A DNA stretch of 22,380 nucleotides from Vitrella brassicaformis CCMP3155 (taxonomy: Eukaryota > Protista > Chromerida), in the NCBI GenBank assembly GCA_001179505.1, contig CDMY01000772.1, positions 1 to 22,380 on the forward strand. Direction: 5' to 3'. Numbering within the stretch: position 1 is the first letter of the stretch; every line of letters starts with the position of its first letter. Positions 1-11,207 of the stretch are shown here, piece by piece. The notes beneath the pieces are model-generated. The model worked only from the letters and a program-made list of their open reading frames with translations, searched no databases and was not told the DNA's origin. The position numbers were made by a program, and so were the translations under genes.

Positions 1-3000
1 TCAAGCGATTGAAGGCGTCCACCGGGCAGACCAGGGGGCTTGTCAGTGGGAGAGGAAGGTGGCTCTCATGTTCACCGGTCAGGGCAGCCAGTATGTCAAC
101 ATGGGGCGGGAGCTGTACGAGAGCGACAGCGTGTTCCGGGAGGCCATCGACAAGTGCGCGGCGTTGCTCGATCCGCATCTGTCGTCGCAGCAAGAGGGCG
201 TCTCACTGGTGGAGCTGCTTTACCCCTCCACTTCATCCGCGGAGGAACGAATGGCTCGGCTCATCGACGAGACGCGCTTCTGTCAGCCCGTCTTGTTTGC
301 CGTTGAGTACGCCCTGTACACGTCGCTGTCTGCCCGGGGCGTGGTTGCCGACGTGGTCATGGGTCACAGCCTAGGCGAGTACGTGGCGGCGACCGTTGCT
401 GGCGTCATGTCGCTGGAGGACGGGCTGCGTCTGGTCGCTGAACGGGCACGTATCATGCATGGGAGCGACCCGAGAGACGGAGTCATGGCCGCCTGTCGGC
501 TGAGCCCTGCAGAAGTGGAGAAGGCCATTGAGAGACTGCCACTTGGTGAGAGGAGTGTGTCCGTTGCGGCAGTCAACGGCCCCAAGAGTGTCGTTCTGTC
601 GGGTGCTCGAGTGCAAGTGGAGGAGCTTCTGAATAGCCTCGGTGCTGGCAGCCAATACAAGCTGCTTCCCGTTTCTCACGCCTTCCACTCCCCACTGATG
701 GCTGGCGCCGTCCCGCAGTTCAAGCAGGTCTTACAGACCGTTGCCCTTCATCAACCGAGGATCCCCCTCGTCTCCAACGTCACCGGACAGCTCGTCGCAC
801 AAGGCCACCAGGCGCAAGAGGAAGGCGCCAGCCGGACGGACGTGACGGATGTCGAGTATTGGGCGCAACACATTACTCTGCCCGTCAGGTTCCTTGATGG
901 CGTCCAAACAATCATCCACAAAGCCGGCGCGCGCGTCCTCATCGAAGTCGGGCCAAAGCCAATACTCGTCAACATGGCCAAGCAGATCGTTCGCGAGGAC
1001 GCGCAAGGAGTGGACCTCCAGTGGCTACCTGCTATCGACCCGGGCAGGACAAACGAGGATGTCATCGCTCTGACCGTCAAAGAGACAACCCCCTGTGAGG
1101 CACTGCTAGCGCAAGGCAGTATAGATGACCATCTTTCTGTTGACCGAGTGGCCAACTCAACTCCACCGGTGGCCCACACGTGGCGTCGGCAGCGCTTCCC
1201 CTTGCCAGTCCAGCGACAAACGCCTCGCCCATCAACGTACGGTGGCACTGACGGCAAAGGCCTCCAGCTTGACAAGAGGCACCCAGGTCGGGGTGGCAAG
1301 GACAGGAAGACTGTGTATCGGCACAAGCGGCCGCCAGTGGCCTTTCCGCCCGACAGAGGGGTGCAGGGACTAGTGGAGGGCTCAGGCGTGCTGTGGGAGG
1401 CCGCCTGGCAGCCGTGGGTTGTCGATGAGGACAGTGAGGTGGCTTATCGGCAGAGTGCGACCAACAACGGGGACGAGGCGGGGACAAGGCAAGGTGGTGA
1501 CCGGCTGGTGCGGCTGCAGGTGTGTGTGTGTCCCGAGGATGAGCAAGAGGCGGCCCGGCAGCTGGCGGCAAAGGCCCTGAAACACCAGCGGCAGCAGGGT
1601 GGCACACAAGCAGACGATACAGATGCAGATGACACTACGATGGAGATTGTGGCGCTGCCGTCGCGGCACGAGCGACGAGCACGGGCCTTGGCCGCCCTGC
1701 GTGGCTGGATCGACAAGGCCCAAGCGCAGGTCCTTGCAGCACGACAGCGACAGCGACAAGAGAACAAGGGAGGAGGATCGCTGCTGGAAGAAGAGACGGC
1801 GACAGAGACAGAGACAGTGACTGTAGTGGAGGTGGTGTGTGTGTTGGGTCTGAGCGTGGCGTGGTCGCCTGTCGAGGTGCTGTATGGGGCCCTCCAGGTT
1901 GTGCAGACCCTTTCAGCAGCTGCCGCAGCAGCGACAAATGGGGAGGCCAACAACAAAGCACCAGCGCCAGCAGTCCCGCCTCACCTGTGGCTGTGCACGG
2001 CAGGCACACAGGCCGTCCACTCTGGTGCGCCGCTCCTTGGCCCCCCTCTGCACGCCGGCCTGTGGGGCTTCGGGCGGTCGGTGCGAATGGAGTGCGCCAA
2101 GGACCTCTCACTGACGCTCGTCGACCTCGACGCAGACCATCAGACTACCAGCAGCAGCAGTCCCAGCGGTAGTGGCGGCGACTTGGTTGATCAGCTTGGC
2201 CGCCTGCTGAGCCGATGCGACGCGATGCTGCTTCGAGGGGCGAGGGAGCTGGTCGAGCCTGAGATGGCCGTCCGCGGCGGCCAGACTTATGTCAGCCGGC
2301 TGGTCACGTGCGACCAAGAGACCGAGACCCTGCTGCACCAGCCTGACGGGTGGGAGATAGCTGGGTTGGGTGCCGACGACGACCAGACGCACGAAGGCCA
2401 AGATGACGAGGGCATGATGAGGACGGTGCAAGCGATGCTCAACAGTCGGGTGGTGTCCGGTCGACGTTGGTTGGAGGGGGACCGAGAGAGTGTCAGCGCT
2501 GAGGCTCCAGGGACGGTGCTTGTGACTGGAGGGCTGGGCGGGCTGGGGCTCGTCTTGGCTCGCTGGCTGGTGGAGCGAGGAGCGCAGAGGCTCGTCTTGG
2601 TGTCACGAAGGGGACAGCCGTCAGCCGCTGACGAGACCACTGAGGCGTGGCAGGCAATCCGCCACCTCGTTGTCACTGACACACACGAAGAGAAGAACCA
2701 CACGGGGGGGACCGGCCGACAAGACAAGAACCAGACACACGACGAGAGAGGGGCGGCTGGGGCGGTGCTGCCTCTCAAGTGCGACGTGGCCTCGAGGGAC
2801 GAGAGCCAGAGGCTCCTGGAGCGACTCACACGGGGGGGCCATCACATCACAGGCATATTCCACCTGGCGGCCGTGCTGGACGATCGAATCATAGCAAGGC
2901 AAGACCTCGAGTCGCTGCAGCGAGTCATGCGACCCAAGGTACCGAATGCACCAAGTTGCGCACGCACACACAGGCCGCGACACACACAGATAGGGGGATG

Positions 3001-6000
3001 CCCGCACACGCACACATGCTGTCCTTGCCTGCCCCGTTTATCTGTCTCGTGTCATCAGGTCGATGCGGCATGGCACCTGCACGAACTCAGCTCGTCCTTC
3101 GAGCTGCCGCTCTCTGTCTTTATGCTCTTCTCGTCCACATCTGGTCTGTTTGGCAACAGAGGCCAAGCCAATTACTGCGCAGCCAATAGCTGTTTGGACG
3201 CCTTAGCCCACCACCGTCGAGCACTGGGTCTGCCAGCGCAGTCCATCCAGTGGGGCCCCTGGGCGGAGCAGGGCATGGCAAAAGGCGTGCTCCAGCGCCT
3301 CTCGCGTGTCGGTATGGGGGCCTTCACCAACGATCTGGCGCTTCGCGTGTTGGGCCTGTGTTTGTGTCGCTGGTGGGATGCCAAGCCGGTGCTGGCCCTG
3401 ATGCCCGTGGATCTGAGTGTGTNNNNNNNNNNNNNNNNNNNNNNNNNNNNNNNNNNNNNNNNNNNNNNNNNNNNNNNNNNNNNNNNNNNNNNNNNNNNNN
3501 NNNNNNNNNNNNNNNNNNNNNNNNNNNNNNNNNNNNNNNNNNNNNNNNNNNNNNNNNNNNNNNNNNNNNNNNNNNNNNNNNNNNNNNNNNNNNNNNNNNN
3601 NNNNNNNNNNNNNNNNNNNNNNNNNNNNNNNNNNNNNNNNNNNNNNNNNNNNNNNNNNNNNNNNNNNNNNNNNNNNNNNNNNNNNNNNNNNNNNNNNNNN
3701 NNNNNNNNNNNNNNNNNNNNNNTCGGGCGGTCGGTGCGAATGGAGTGCGCCAAGGACCTCTCACTGACGCTCGTCGACCTCGACGCAGACCATCAGACTA
3801 CCAGCAGCAGCAGCAGTGCCAGCGGTAGTGGCGGCGACTTGGTTGATCAGCTTGGCCGCCTGCTGAGCCGATGCGACGCGATGCTGCTTCGAGGGGCGAG
3901 GGAGCTGGTCGAGCCTGAGATGGCCGTCCGCGGCGGCCAGACTTATGTCAGCCGGCTGGTCACGTGCGACCAAGAGACCGAGACCCTGCTGCACCAGCCT
4001 GACGGGTGGGAGATAGCTGGGTTGGGTGCCGACGACGACCAGACGCACGAAGGCAAAGATGACGAGGGCATGATGAGGACGGTGCAAGCGATGCTCAACA
4101 GTCGGGTGGTGTCCGGTCGACGTTGGTTGGAGGGGGACCGAGAGAGTGTCAGCGCTGAGGCTCCAGGGACGGTGCTTGTGACTGGAGGGCTGGGCGGGCT
4201 GGGGCTCGTCTTGGCTCGCTGGCTGGTGGAGCGAGGAGCGCAGAGGCTCGTCTTGGTGTCACGAAGGGGACAGCCGTCAGCCGCTGACGAGACCACTGAG
4301 GCGTGGCAGGCAATCCGCCACCTCGTTGTCACTGACACACACGAAGAGAAGAACCACACGGGGGGGACCGGCCGACAAGACAAGAACCAGACACACGACG
4401 AGAGAGGGGCGGCTGGGACGGTGCTGCCTGTCAAGTGCGACGTGGCCTCGAGGGACGAGTGCCAGAGGCTCGTGGAGCGACTCACACGGGGGGGCCATCA
4501 CATCACAGGCATATTCCACCTGGCGGGCGCGCTGGACGATCGAATCATAGCAAGGCAAGACCTCGAGTCGCTGCAGCGAGTCATGCGACCCAAGGTACCG
4601 AATGCACCAAGTTGCGCACGCACACACAGGCCGCGACACACACAGATAGGGGGATGCCCACACACGCACACATGCTGCCTGCCCCGTTTACCTGTCTCGT
4701 GTCATCAGGTCGATGCCGCGTGGCACCTGCACAAACTCAGCTCGTCCTTTGAGTTGCCCCTATCTGTCTTTACGCTCTTCTCGTCCACATCTGGTCTGTT
4801 TGGCAACAGAGGTCAAGCCAATTACTGCGCAGCCAACAGCTGTTTGGACGCGTTAGCCCACCACCGTCGAGCACTGGGTCTGCCAGCGCAGTCCATCCAG
4901 TGGGGCCCCTGGGCGGAGCAGGGCATGGCCAAAGGCGTGCTCCAGCGCCTCTCGCGTGTCGGCATGGGGGCCTTCACCAACGATCTGGCGCTTCGCGTCT
5001 TGGGCCTGTGTTTGTGTCGCTGGCGGGATGCCAAGCCGGTGCTGGCCCTGATGCCCGTGGATCTGAGTGTGTATCTGTCGTGGTCGGCGCAGCAGGACCG
5101 NNNNNNNNNNNNNNNNNNNNNNNNNNNNNNNNNNNNNNNNNNNNNNNNNNNNNNNNNNNNNNNNNNNNNNNNNNNNNNNNNNNNNNNNNNNNNNNNNNNN
5201 NNNNNNNNNNNNNNNNNNNNNNNNNNNNNNNNNNNNNNNNNNNNNNNNNNNNNNNNNNNNNNNNNNNNNNNNNNNNNNNNNNNNNNNNNNNNNNNNNNNN
5301 NNNNNNNNNNNNNNNNNNNNNNNNNNNNNNNNNNNNNNNNNNNNNNNNNNNNNNNNNNNNNNNNNNNNNNNNNNNNNNNNNNNNNNNNNNNNNNNNNNNN
5401 CGGGCGGTCGGTGCGAATGGAGTGCGCCAAGGACCTCTCACTGACGCTCGTCGACCTCGACGCAGACCATCAGACTACCAGCAGCAGCAGTCCCAGCGGT
5501 AGTGGCGGCGACTTGGTTGATCAGCTTGGCCGCCTGCTGAGCCGATGCGGCGCGATGCTGCTTCGAGGGGCGAGGGAGCTGGTCGAGCCTGAGATGGCCG
5601 TCCGCGGCGGCCAGACTTATGTCAGCCGGCTGGTCACGTGCGACCAAGAGACCGAGACCCTGCTGCACCAGCCTGACGGGTGGGAGATAGCTGGGTTGGG
5701 TGCCGACGACGACCAGACGCACGAAGGCGAAGATGACGAGGGCATGATGAGGACGGTGCAAGCGATGCTCAACAGTCGGGTGGTGTCCGGTCGACGTTGG
5801 TTGGAGGGGGACCGAGAGAGTGTCAGCGCTGAGGCTCCAGGGACGGTGGTTGTGACTGGAGGGCTGGGAGGGCTGGGGCTCGTCTTGGCTCGCTGGCTGG
5901 TGGAGCGAGGAGCGCAGAGGCTCGTCTTGGTGTCACGAAGGGGACAGCCGTCAGCCGCTGACGAGACCACTGAGGCGTGGCAGGCAATCCGCCACCTCGT

Positions 6001-9000
6001 TGTCACTGACACACACGAAGAGAAGAACCACACGGGGGGGACCAGCCGACAAGACAAGAACCAGACACACGACGAGAGAGGGGCGGCTGGGGCGGTGCTG
6101 CCTCTCAAGTGCGACGTGGCCTCGAGGGACGAGTGCCAGGGGCTCGTGGAGCGACTCATACGTGGGGGCCATCACATCACAGGCATATTCCACCTGGCGG
6201 GCGCGCTGGACGATCGAATCATAGCAAGGCAAGACCTCGAGTCGCTGCAGCGAGTCATGCGACCCAAGGTAGCGAATACATCAAGTTGCGCACGCACACA
6301 CAGGCCGCGACACACACACATAGGGGATGCCCACACACGCACACATGCTGCCTGCCCCGTTTACCTGTCTCGTGTCATCAGGTCGATGCCGCGTGGCACC
6401 TGCACAAACTCAGCTCGTCCTTTGAGTTGCCCCTATCTGTCTTTACGCTCTTCTCGTCCACATCTGGTCTGTTTGGCAACAGAGGTCAAGCCAATTACTG
6501 CGCAGCCAACAGCTGTTTGGACGCGTTAGCCCACCACCGTCGAGCACTGGGTCTGCCAGCGCAGTCCATCCAGTGGGGCCCATGGGCGGAGCAGGGCATG
6601 GCAAAGGGCGTGCTCCAGCGCCTTTCGCGTGTCGGCATGGGGGCCTTCACCAACGATCTGGCGCTTCGCGTCTTGGGCCTGTGTTTGTGTCGCTGGCGGG
6701 ATGCCAAGCCGGTGCTGGCCCTGATGCCAGTGGACCTGAGTGTGTATCTGTCGTGGTCGGCGCAGCAGGACCGGCAGAAGCCCAACAACAACACGGCTGT
6801 CGTCTTCGAGAGGCTCGTCGACCGAGAGGCCGTCACCGAGCGGGACGATGGGCGCCAAGGGAGTGGCGGCTTGACATTGGCAGCGCGGTGGTCGGGGCTG
6901 TCACCATCGGAGCTTCGGGAGGAGGTCTTGTCGGTCGTCTCGCACGAGGCCCGCAGGGTCCTGCCCGCCGCGGCTGCTGGTGACAACGATTCGATCGCCA
7001 CCCACACGCCCCTGGCGGACCTCGGCATGGACTCACTGAGCACACTCGACTTCCGAGCGGCACTGTCGGACGCCCTGCAGTCCCTGCTCCCTGAGTCGAT
7101 TCCAATCAAGCTCCCGAGCACTCTCGTGTAAGCCAAGTGCACACGCAGGACAGAGCAGGCAACGCGGATATCTCCTGGCCGCGATTTGCATGCCTGACTG
7201 TGCGATGGCATTCGTACCATGGTGCCTAGCTGCATAGCTTATGCACAGTGCTGTCTGTCGTGTATGTCTGTGTCTGTGTCAGGTACGACTATCCCACTCT
7301 GGACGCCATCGTCGGCTACATCAGCCAGCTGGTGAGCAGCGATGGCGGTGGCCAGGGCCACCAGCCGAGCACGATGATGCCGGTCAGCGTGTCTGTCAAG
7401 GGGCGTGATGCGCCGACTACGAGGATCGGCGTGTACGGCGTATCGTGTCGGTTTCCGGGCCGCATCGACAGTCTGGCGTCGCTGTGGTCGTTCGTCGTGG
7501 GCCANNNNNNNNNNNNNNNNNNNNNNNNNNNNNNNNNNNNNNNNNNNNNNNNNNNNNNNNNNNNNNNNNNNNNNNNNNNNNNNNNNNNNNNNNNNNNNNN
7601 NNNNNNNNNNNNNNNNNNNNNNNNNNNNNNNNNNNNNNNNNNNNNNNNNNNNNNNNNNNNNNNNNNNNNNNNNNNNNNNNNNNNNNNNNNNNNNNNNNNN
7701 NNNNNNNNNNNNNNNNNNNNNNNNNNNNNNNNNNNNNNNNNNNNNNNNNNNNNNNNNNNNNNNNNNNNNNNNNNNNNNNNNNNNNNNNNNNNNNNNNNNN
7801 NNNNAACAGAGGTCAAGCCAATTACTGCGCAGCCAACAGCTGTTTGGACGCGTTAGCCCACCACCGTCGAGCACTGGGTCTGCCAGCGCAGTCCATCCAG
7901 TGGGGCCCATGGGCGGAGCAGGGCATGGCAAAGGGCGTGCTCCAGCGCCTTTCGCGTGTCGGCATGGGGGCCTTCACCAACGATCTGGCGCTTCGCGTCT
8001 TGGGCCTGTGTTTGTGTCGCTGGCGGGATGCCAAGCCGGTGCTGGCCCTGATGCCAGTGGACCTGAGTGTGTATCTGTCGTGGTCGGCGCAGCAGGACCG
8101 GCAGAGGCCCACCAACAACACGGCTGTCGTCTTCGAGAGGCTCGTCGACCGAGAGGCCGTCACTGAGCGGGACGATGGGCGCCAAGGGAGTGGCGGGTTG
8201 ACATTGGCAGCGCGGTGGTCGGGGCTGTCACCATCCGAGCTTCGGGAGGAGGTCTTGTCGGTCGTCTCACACGAGGCCCGCAGGGTCCTGCCCGCCGCGG
8301 CTGCTGGTGACAACGATTCGATCGCCACCCACACGCCCCTGGCAGACCTCGGCATGGACTCACTGAGCACACTCGACTTCCAAGCGGCACTATCAGACGC
8401 CCTTCAAGTCTCTCTGCCTGCCACGTTCTTGCACGACTATCCAAGCATCAATGCTATTATATCGTATTGCATTGGCAAGTTCGAAGAAGCTGAGCAACAA
8501 GAGTCTCTGCAGGTAGGCATAGGTTGTAAGCACAGCGGAGGAGAATGTACTGTATTCACATGTTGGCAGGTCTCTCAATTGCACCCCTGTCTACTTGAGG
8601 TCAACTTCAGGTGCAAAGAGAATTGATTGAGAGGTTTTGGAATTTTGTTCCCCTAGTTTTTATCCTCTTTCTGTTTTGGCAGAGCTGGTGATGACGTTCG
8701 GCCTCTGTTGTTCCTCATCCATGATGTCAGCGGCACTATGCTTACGCTTCTGCCCCTTGCTCGCGCTCTTAGCGGCGAATTCTCTGTATACGCCCTAAGA
8801 GCGATGGGCCTGGAGAAGGGCGAGACGCCTTTGGAAAGCGTCGAAGCGATAGCAAAGCTGTACGCCGATGTCATTCAATCAGTGCAACCTGAGGGGCCAT
8901 ACAAGGTATGTGGATTCTCGTTTGGTGCTCTCGTGGCGTATCAAACGTGTATTGAGCTGCGAGACAGACGGTGTGACATTGCCGTATGCGGTAAGGAGGT

Positions 9001-9757
9001 GAAGCAAGTGATGTATTGATGTAAAGTAGTTTGAACGTTATGGTGTCATGGTTTTTGCAGCATTGATAGATGGCTTTATACCCATGGAAGCAAGACAACT
9101 CAGTCACTCCTACCTGACATGGCAGCTCGGTGTAATCATCGCTCAGTACTTCAGACGAGTATGCTTGATTGTGATTGTGGGTAGTACACGTGTAGATGCT
9201 CACGGTGGCTGTATTATTTGTATACTTCAGCCTGCTTTTGTGGGCCTAGAGGAGTTGGCGGCACTCGGTGAAGAACTAGACAACTACATTGACTACATAA
9301 ACGACAAGGCTGTACAAGTAAATTATAGCAAGCATTGTTCTGTCTGGTTTAGTCAGCTTTGTTTGTTTCACAGGCGGGGATATATCCGACTTATGGTCAT
9401 GACAGAAGAAAGAGAATGCTGAATGTGCAGTTCTGGCTCTCTCGAGCTCTTTCCTTATATACACCCCCACCATACTCTGGCTCTGTGACAGTTTTCCGGG
9501 CCACCAAAAGAGCGGCTTACTCTTGTGGTGCCCGAACGACTTATGTTGAATTCTTGCCGCCAATCATGGAAGCTGCGGTAATGAAGTCAATTAATTGGTT
9601 GCAATGATTGCAATAGACTCCTGGTGCTTTCTGCCTTCAGGACGTGCGTGTTTATCAATGCGAAGGAGACCATTATAGTATGATGCAACAGCCCTGCGTA
9701 AGGGAGCTGAGCGAGATACTTCGCAATGTCCTGAATGAGACACTGACAAGATCGTAA
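1..9757 (+). CDS. Modular type I polyketide synthase, 3' part (5' end upstream of the window; multi-exon; spans three gaps). Visible order: AT-KR/gap/KR/gap/KR-ACP-KS(start)/gap/KR(end)-ACP-TE
   Basis: Frame 2 is open from base 2 (QAIEG...[13 protein letters not shown]). PKS motifs: [58 protein letters not shown] frame-consistent splice model ends at TAA 9755-9757. Confidence 0.93.
59..1040 (+). CDS. Acyltransferase (AT) domain, malonyl-CoA-type fingerprint
   Basis: MFTGQGSQY; [11 protein letters not shown]; GHSLG at 362-376 (catalytic Ser 368-370); VAAVNGP; HAFH at 677-688; EVGPKPIL. Confidence 0.92.
1390..3422 (+). CDS. Ketoreductase copy 1 (structural plus catalytic subdomains), with one intron at 2939-3058
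   Basis: LWEAAWQP and [11 protein letters not shown] structural-KR motifs; TGGLGGLG at 2525-2548; LDD at 2876-2884; catalytic Tyr 3173-3175 in GQANYCAAN. Intron AAG|gtaccg...catcag|GTC restores [12 protein letters not shown]. Confidence 0.9.
3423..3722. other. Assembly gap (300 N)
   Basis: Exactly 300 N. Confidence 1.
3723..5100 (+). repeat. Ketoreductase copy 2, near-identical to 2070-3422; intron at 4595-4708
   Basis: Co-linear with copy 1 apart from scattered substitutions and small indels (e.g. LAAVLDD->LAGALDD, HELSS->HKLSS, one extra Ser in the poly-S run). Confidence 0.9.
5101..5400. other. Assembly gap (300 N)
   Basis: Exactly 300 N. Confidence 1.
5401..7330 (+). repeat. Ketoreductase copy 3 (intron 6269-6381) followed by an ACP (intron 7128-7282)
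   Basis: Co-linear with copies 1 and 2. ACP motif LGMDSL has Ser at 7033-7035. Splicing gt|gtaagc...gtcag|gtac gives [15 protein letters not shown]. Confidence 0.9.
7422..7504 (+). CDS. N-terminus of the ketosynthase (KS) of the next module, cut off by a gap
   Basis: [22 protein letters not shown] matches the canonical KS start IAIVGMxCRFPG...LW. Confidence 0.85.
7505..7804. other. Assembly gap (300 N); true size must be larger if the flanks belong to one gene
   Basis: The left flank is a KS N-terminus and the right flank is a KR C-terminus, so most of KS, AT and KR is missing. Confidence 0.95.
7805..8512 (+). CDS. C-terminal end of KR copy 4 plus the terminal ACP
   Basis: Matches 6478-~7065 at offset 1327. 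LGMDSL Ser at 8360-8362, then [16 protein letters not shown]. Confidence 0.9.
8570..9757 (+). CDS. Type I thioesterase (TE) release domain; exons 8570-8610, 8683-8990, 9061-9158, 9231-9317, 9374-9577, 9641-9757
   Basis: [11 protein letters not shown]; [11 protein letters not shown] (8912-8926, Ser); ALIDG (Asp); EGDHYSM (His 9671-9673). All GT-AG junctions are phase-compatible. Confidence 0.85.
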
Positions 9758-10429
9758 GTGATACAATAGCGTCCTCCTCTGTGCCTCTGGGTGTGAGATG
9801 TGTGATAAGACAGAGGCAGACAGACAAACAGAGAGAGGCGCTATCGCGCTACCGCCCTCTCTGTACGTGTGGGTATGGTGTGAGAGAGAGGGATGACTGA
9901 CTTCTAGTGGCAATGGATAGGGGGATGATAGTGTGGATGACGACGTGACGTGGGAGAGGGAAGTGACGATGTCCAGGTGATGTCCTTAGCGACAGTGGGG
10001 AACAGACATATGGGAGGGAGCCCGTTGAGAAGCAACAGAAACGACACGCAGAGTCCAATCACGATATGCAACAACGCCACAAAGGCTGCCAAAGCCGAAA
10101 GGCTGGGAAATGGAATCCTGTGGTGTCCGTTGGAACTCTCGAGGCAAGCTTACAGCGCTGGCTAGGCTGTACAAGCACGGCATGAAATACAGCTGCGCTG
10201 CAGGCACCTCGGGCTGCTCTATCCTCGTCTGTTCTCGGCTGCTCTGCTCAAAGCAAACACCTCTGCAATGCACACAGACATGTCTGGCTGCCTGCAGCAC
10301 CTGGGCTGCTCCACTGACATGTGCGTTGGCTACAGACAGCATGCATCTCATCATGCAAAAGGGTCCCCTTCCTCAACGCTCTTTTTTCCATACGCACCCA
10401 TCGACTCCCATCCATGTATCCATCCATAC

Positions 10430-10645
10430 ACAAATCCATCCATCCATCCACGCAGACAGGCAGACAGGCAGACAGGCAGTCGCACGAACCCATTGACGGA
10501 CACGTTACACTCCCATCATCAACAAAGGCAGATTCCAGACCAGTTGTTGTGATCAGCAGCTAGGTGTGTGCATCGTGTGGCAGGAGTGACACGTCGTGTG
10601 CGTTCGTTCGTCGTTCGTCGTCCGATCGTTCGTTCATTCGTTTGC
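10430..10645. repeat. Low-complexity microsatellites (CATC, GACAG, TTCG) in the convergent intergenic/3' region
   Basis: atccatccatccatcc, agacaggcagacaggcagacagg, cgttcgttcgtcgttcg. Confidence 0.8.
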
Positions 10646-11207
10646 TCGTGCCCGTCTGTGTGACAGACAGTCAGTCGTTCATAAGAGCAGTCCCCCGTGT
10701 GTGCGAACAGAGATAGCCTAAGCCTTCAGTAACATAAACCTTCACGCACCCAATCAAACACCCACTCTCACTCGCCAGCAACACTTCATCCAGCATCGAG
10801 CTTTGTGCTATTATTCATAGCACATCGGACAAAGACACCGCGGGACAGAACGGCGGTAACACAGTGGACGCACACGTCGGCTGCACACATACGCGGAGGC
10901 GGTGGTCACTGGGATGCGGGAACACCCACATGTAGATCGGTTGTGTTCGGTTGTGTGTGCGGCAGACTGTCGATACACATCCATTCATTCCATGTATACG
11001 TCCTCCTGTCTGTCTGCTCTTCCTTCCGGTTCGTACACCTTGTCGGAGGGATAGACGAGACTCGCGACACAGATCCACATAGACAAACATCGATGCGAGG
11101 TGTCCACTTCGCATCACCACCCCGCCGCTCGAAACGCGAGGCACATATATCCCGACCAAAATCACCGGCGGAGGGCTGGCTGCGGAGAGTCCACACGCAT
11201 GTCGGTG

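Noticed and set aside
1519-1620. gtgtgtgtgtgt after ctgcag, a possible intron in the post-AT region
   Set aside because: The frame stays open and no unique acceptor is evident. Left unresolved.
59-6529. Single 2156-aa ORF from the track
   Set aside because: It reads through two N gaps and two in-frame introns, starts at an internal GTG, and ends by running into a frameshifting intron. It is not the real protein.
364-8444. Many antisense and alternate-frame ORFs of 60-250 aa over the PKS, and similar ones over the other genes
   Set aside because: These are shadow ORFs of GC-rich coding sequence, repeated with the modules, and have no motifs.
9986-10354. - strand ORF containing AHVSGAA and PFGFG, faintly like KS C-terminal motifs (GH..AAG, SFGFG)
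   Set aside because: The spacing is off, flanking residues do not match, and no splice path from the KS exon was found. It is probably chance; an HMM search would settle it.
10815-11165. Possible extra 3' exon of the ghost gene via a donor at ~11238 and a ccgcag acceptor
   Set aside because: The frame is open but the translation (PPVILVGIYVPRVSSGG...) has no recognisable homology, so it cannot be supported without cDNA.
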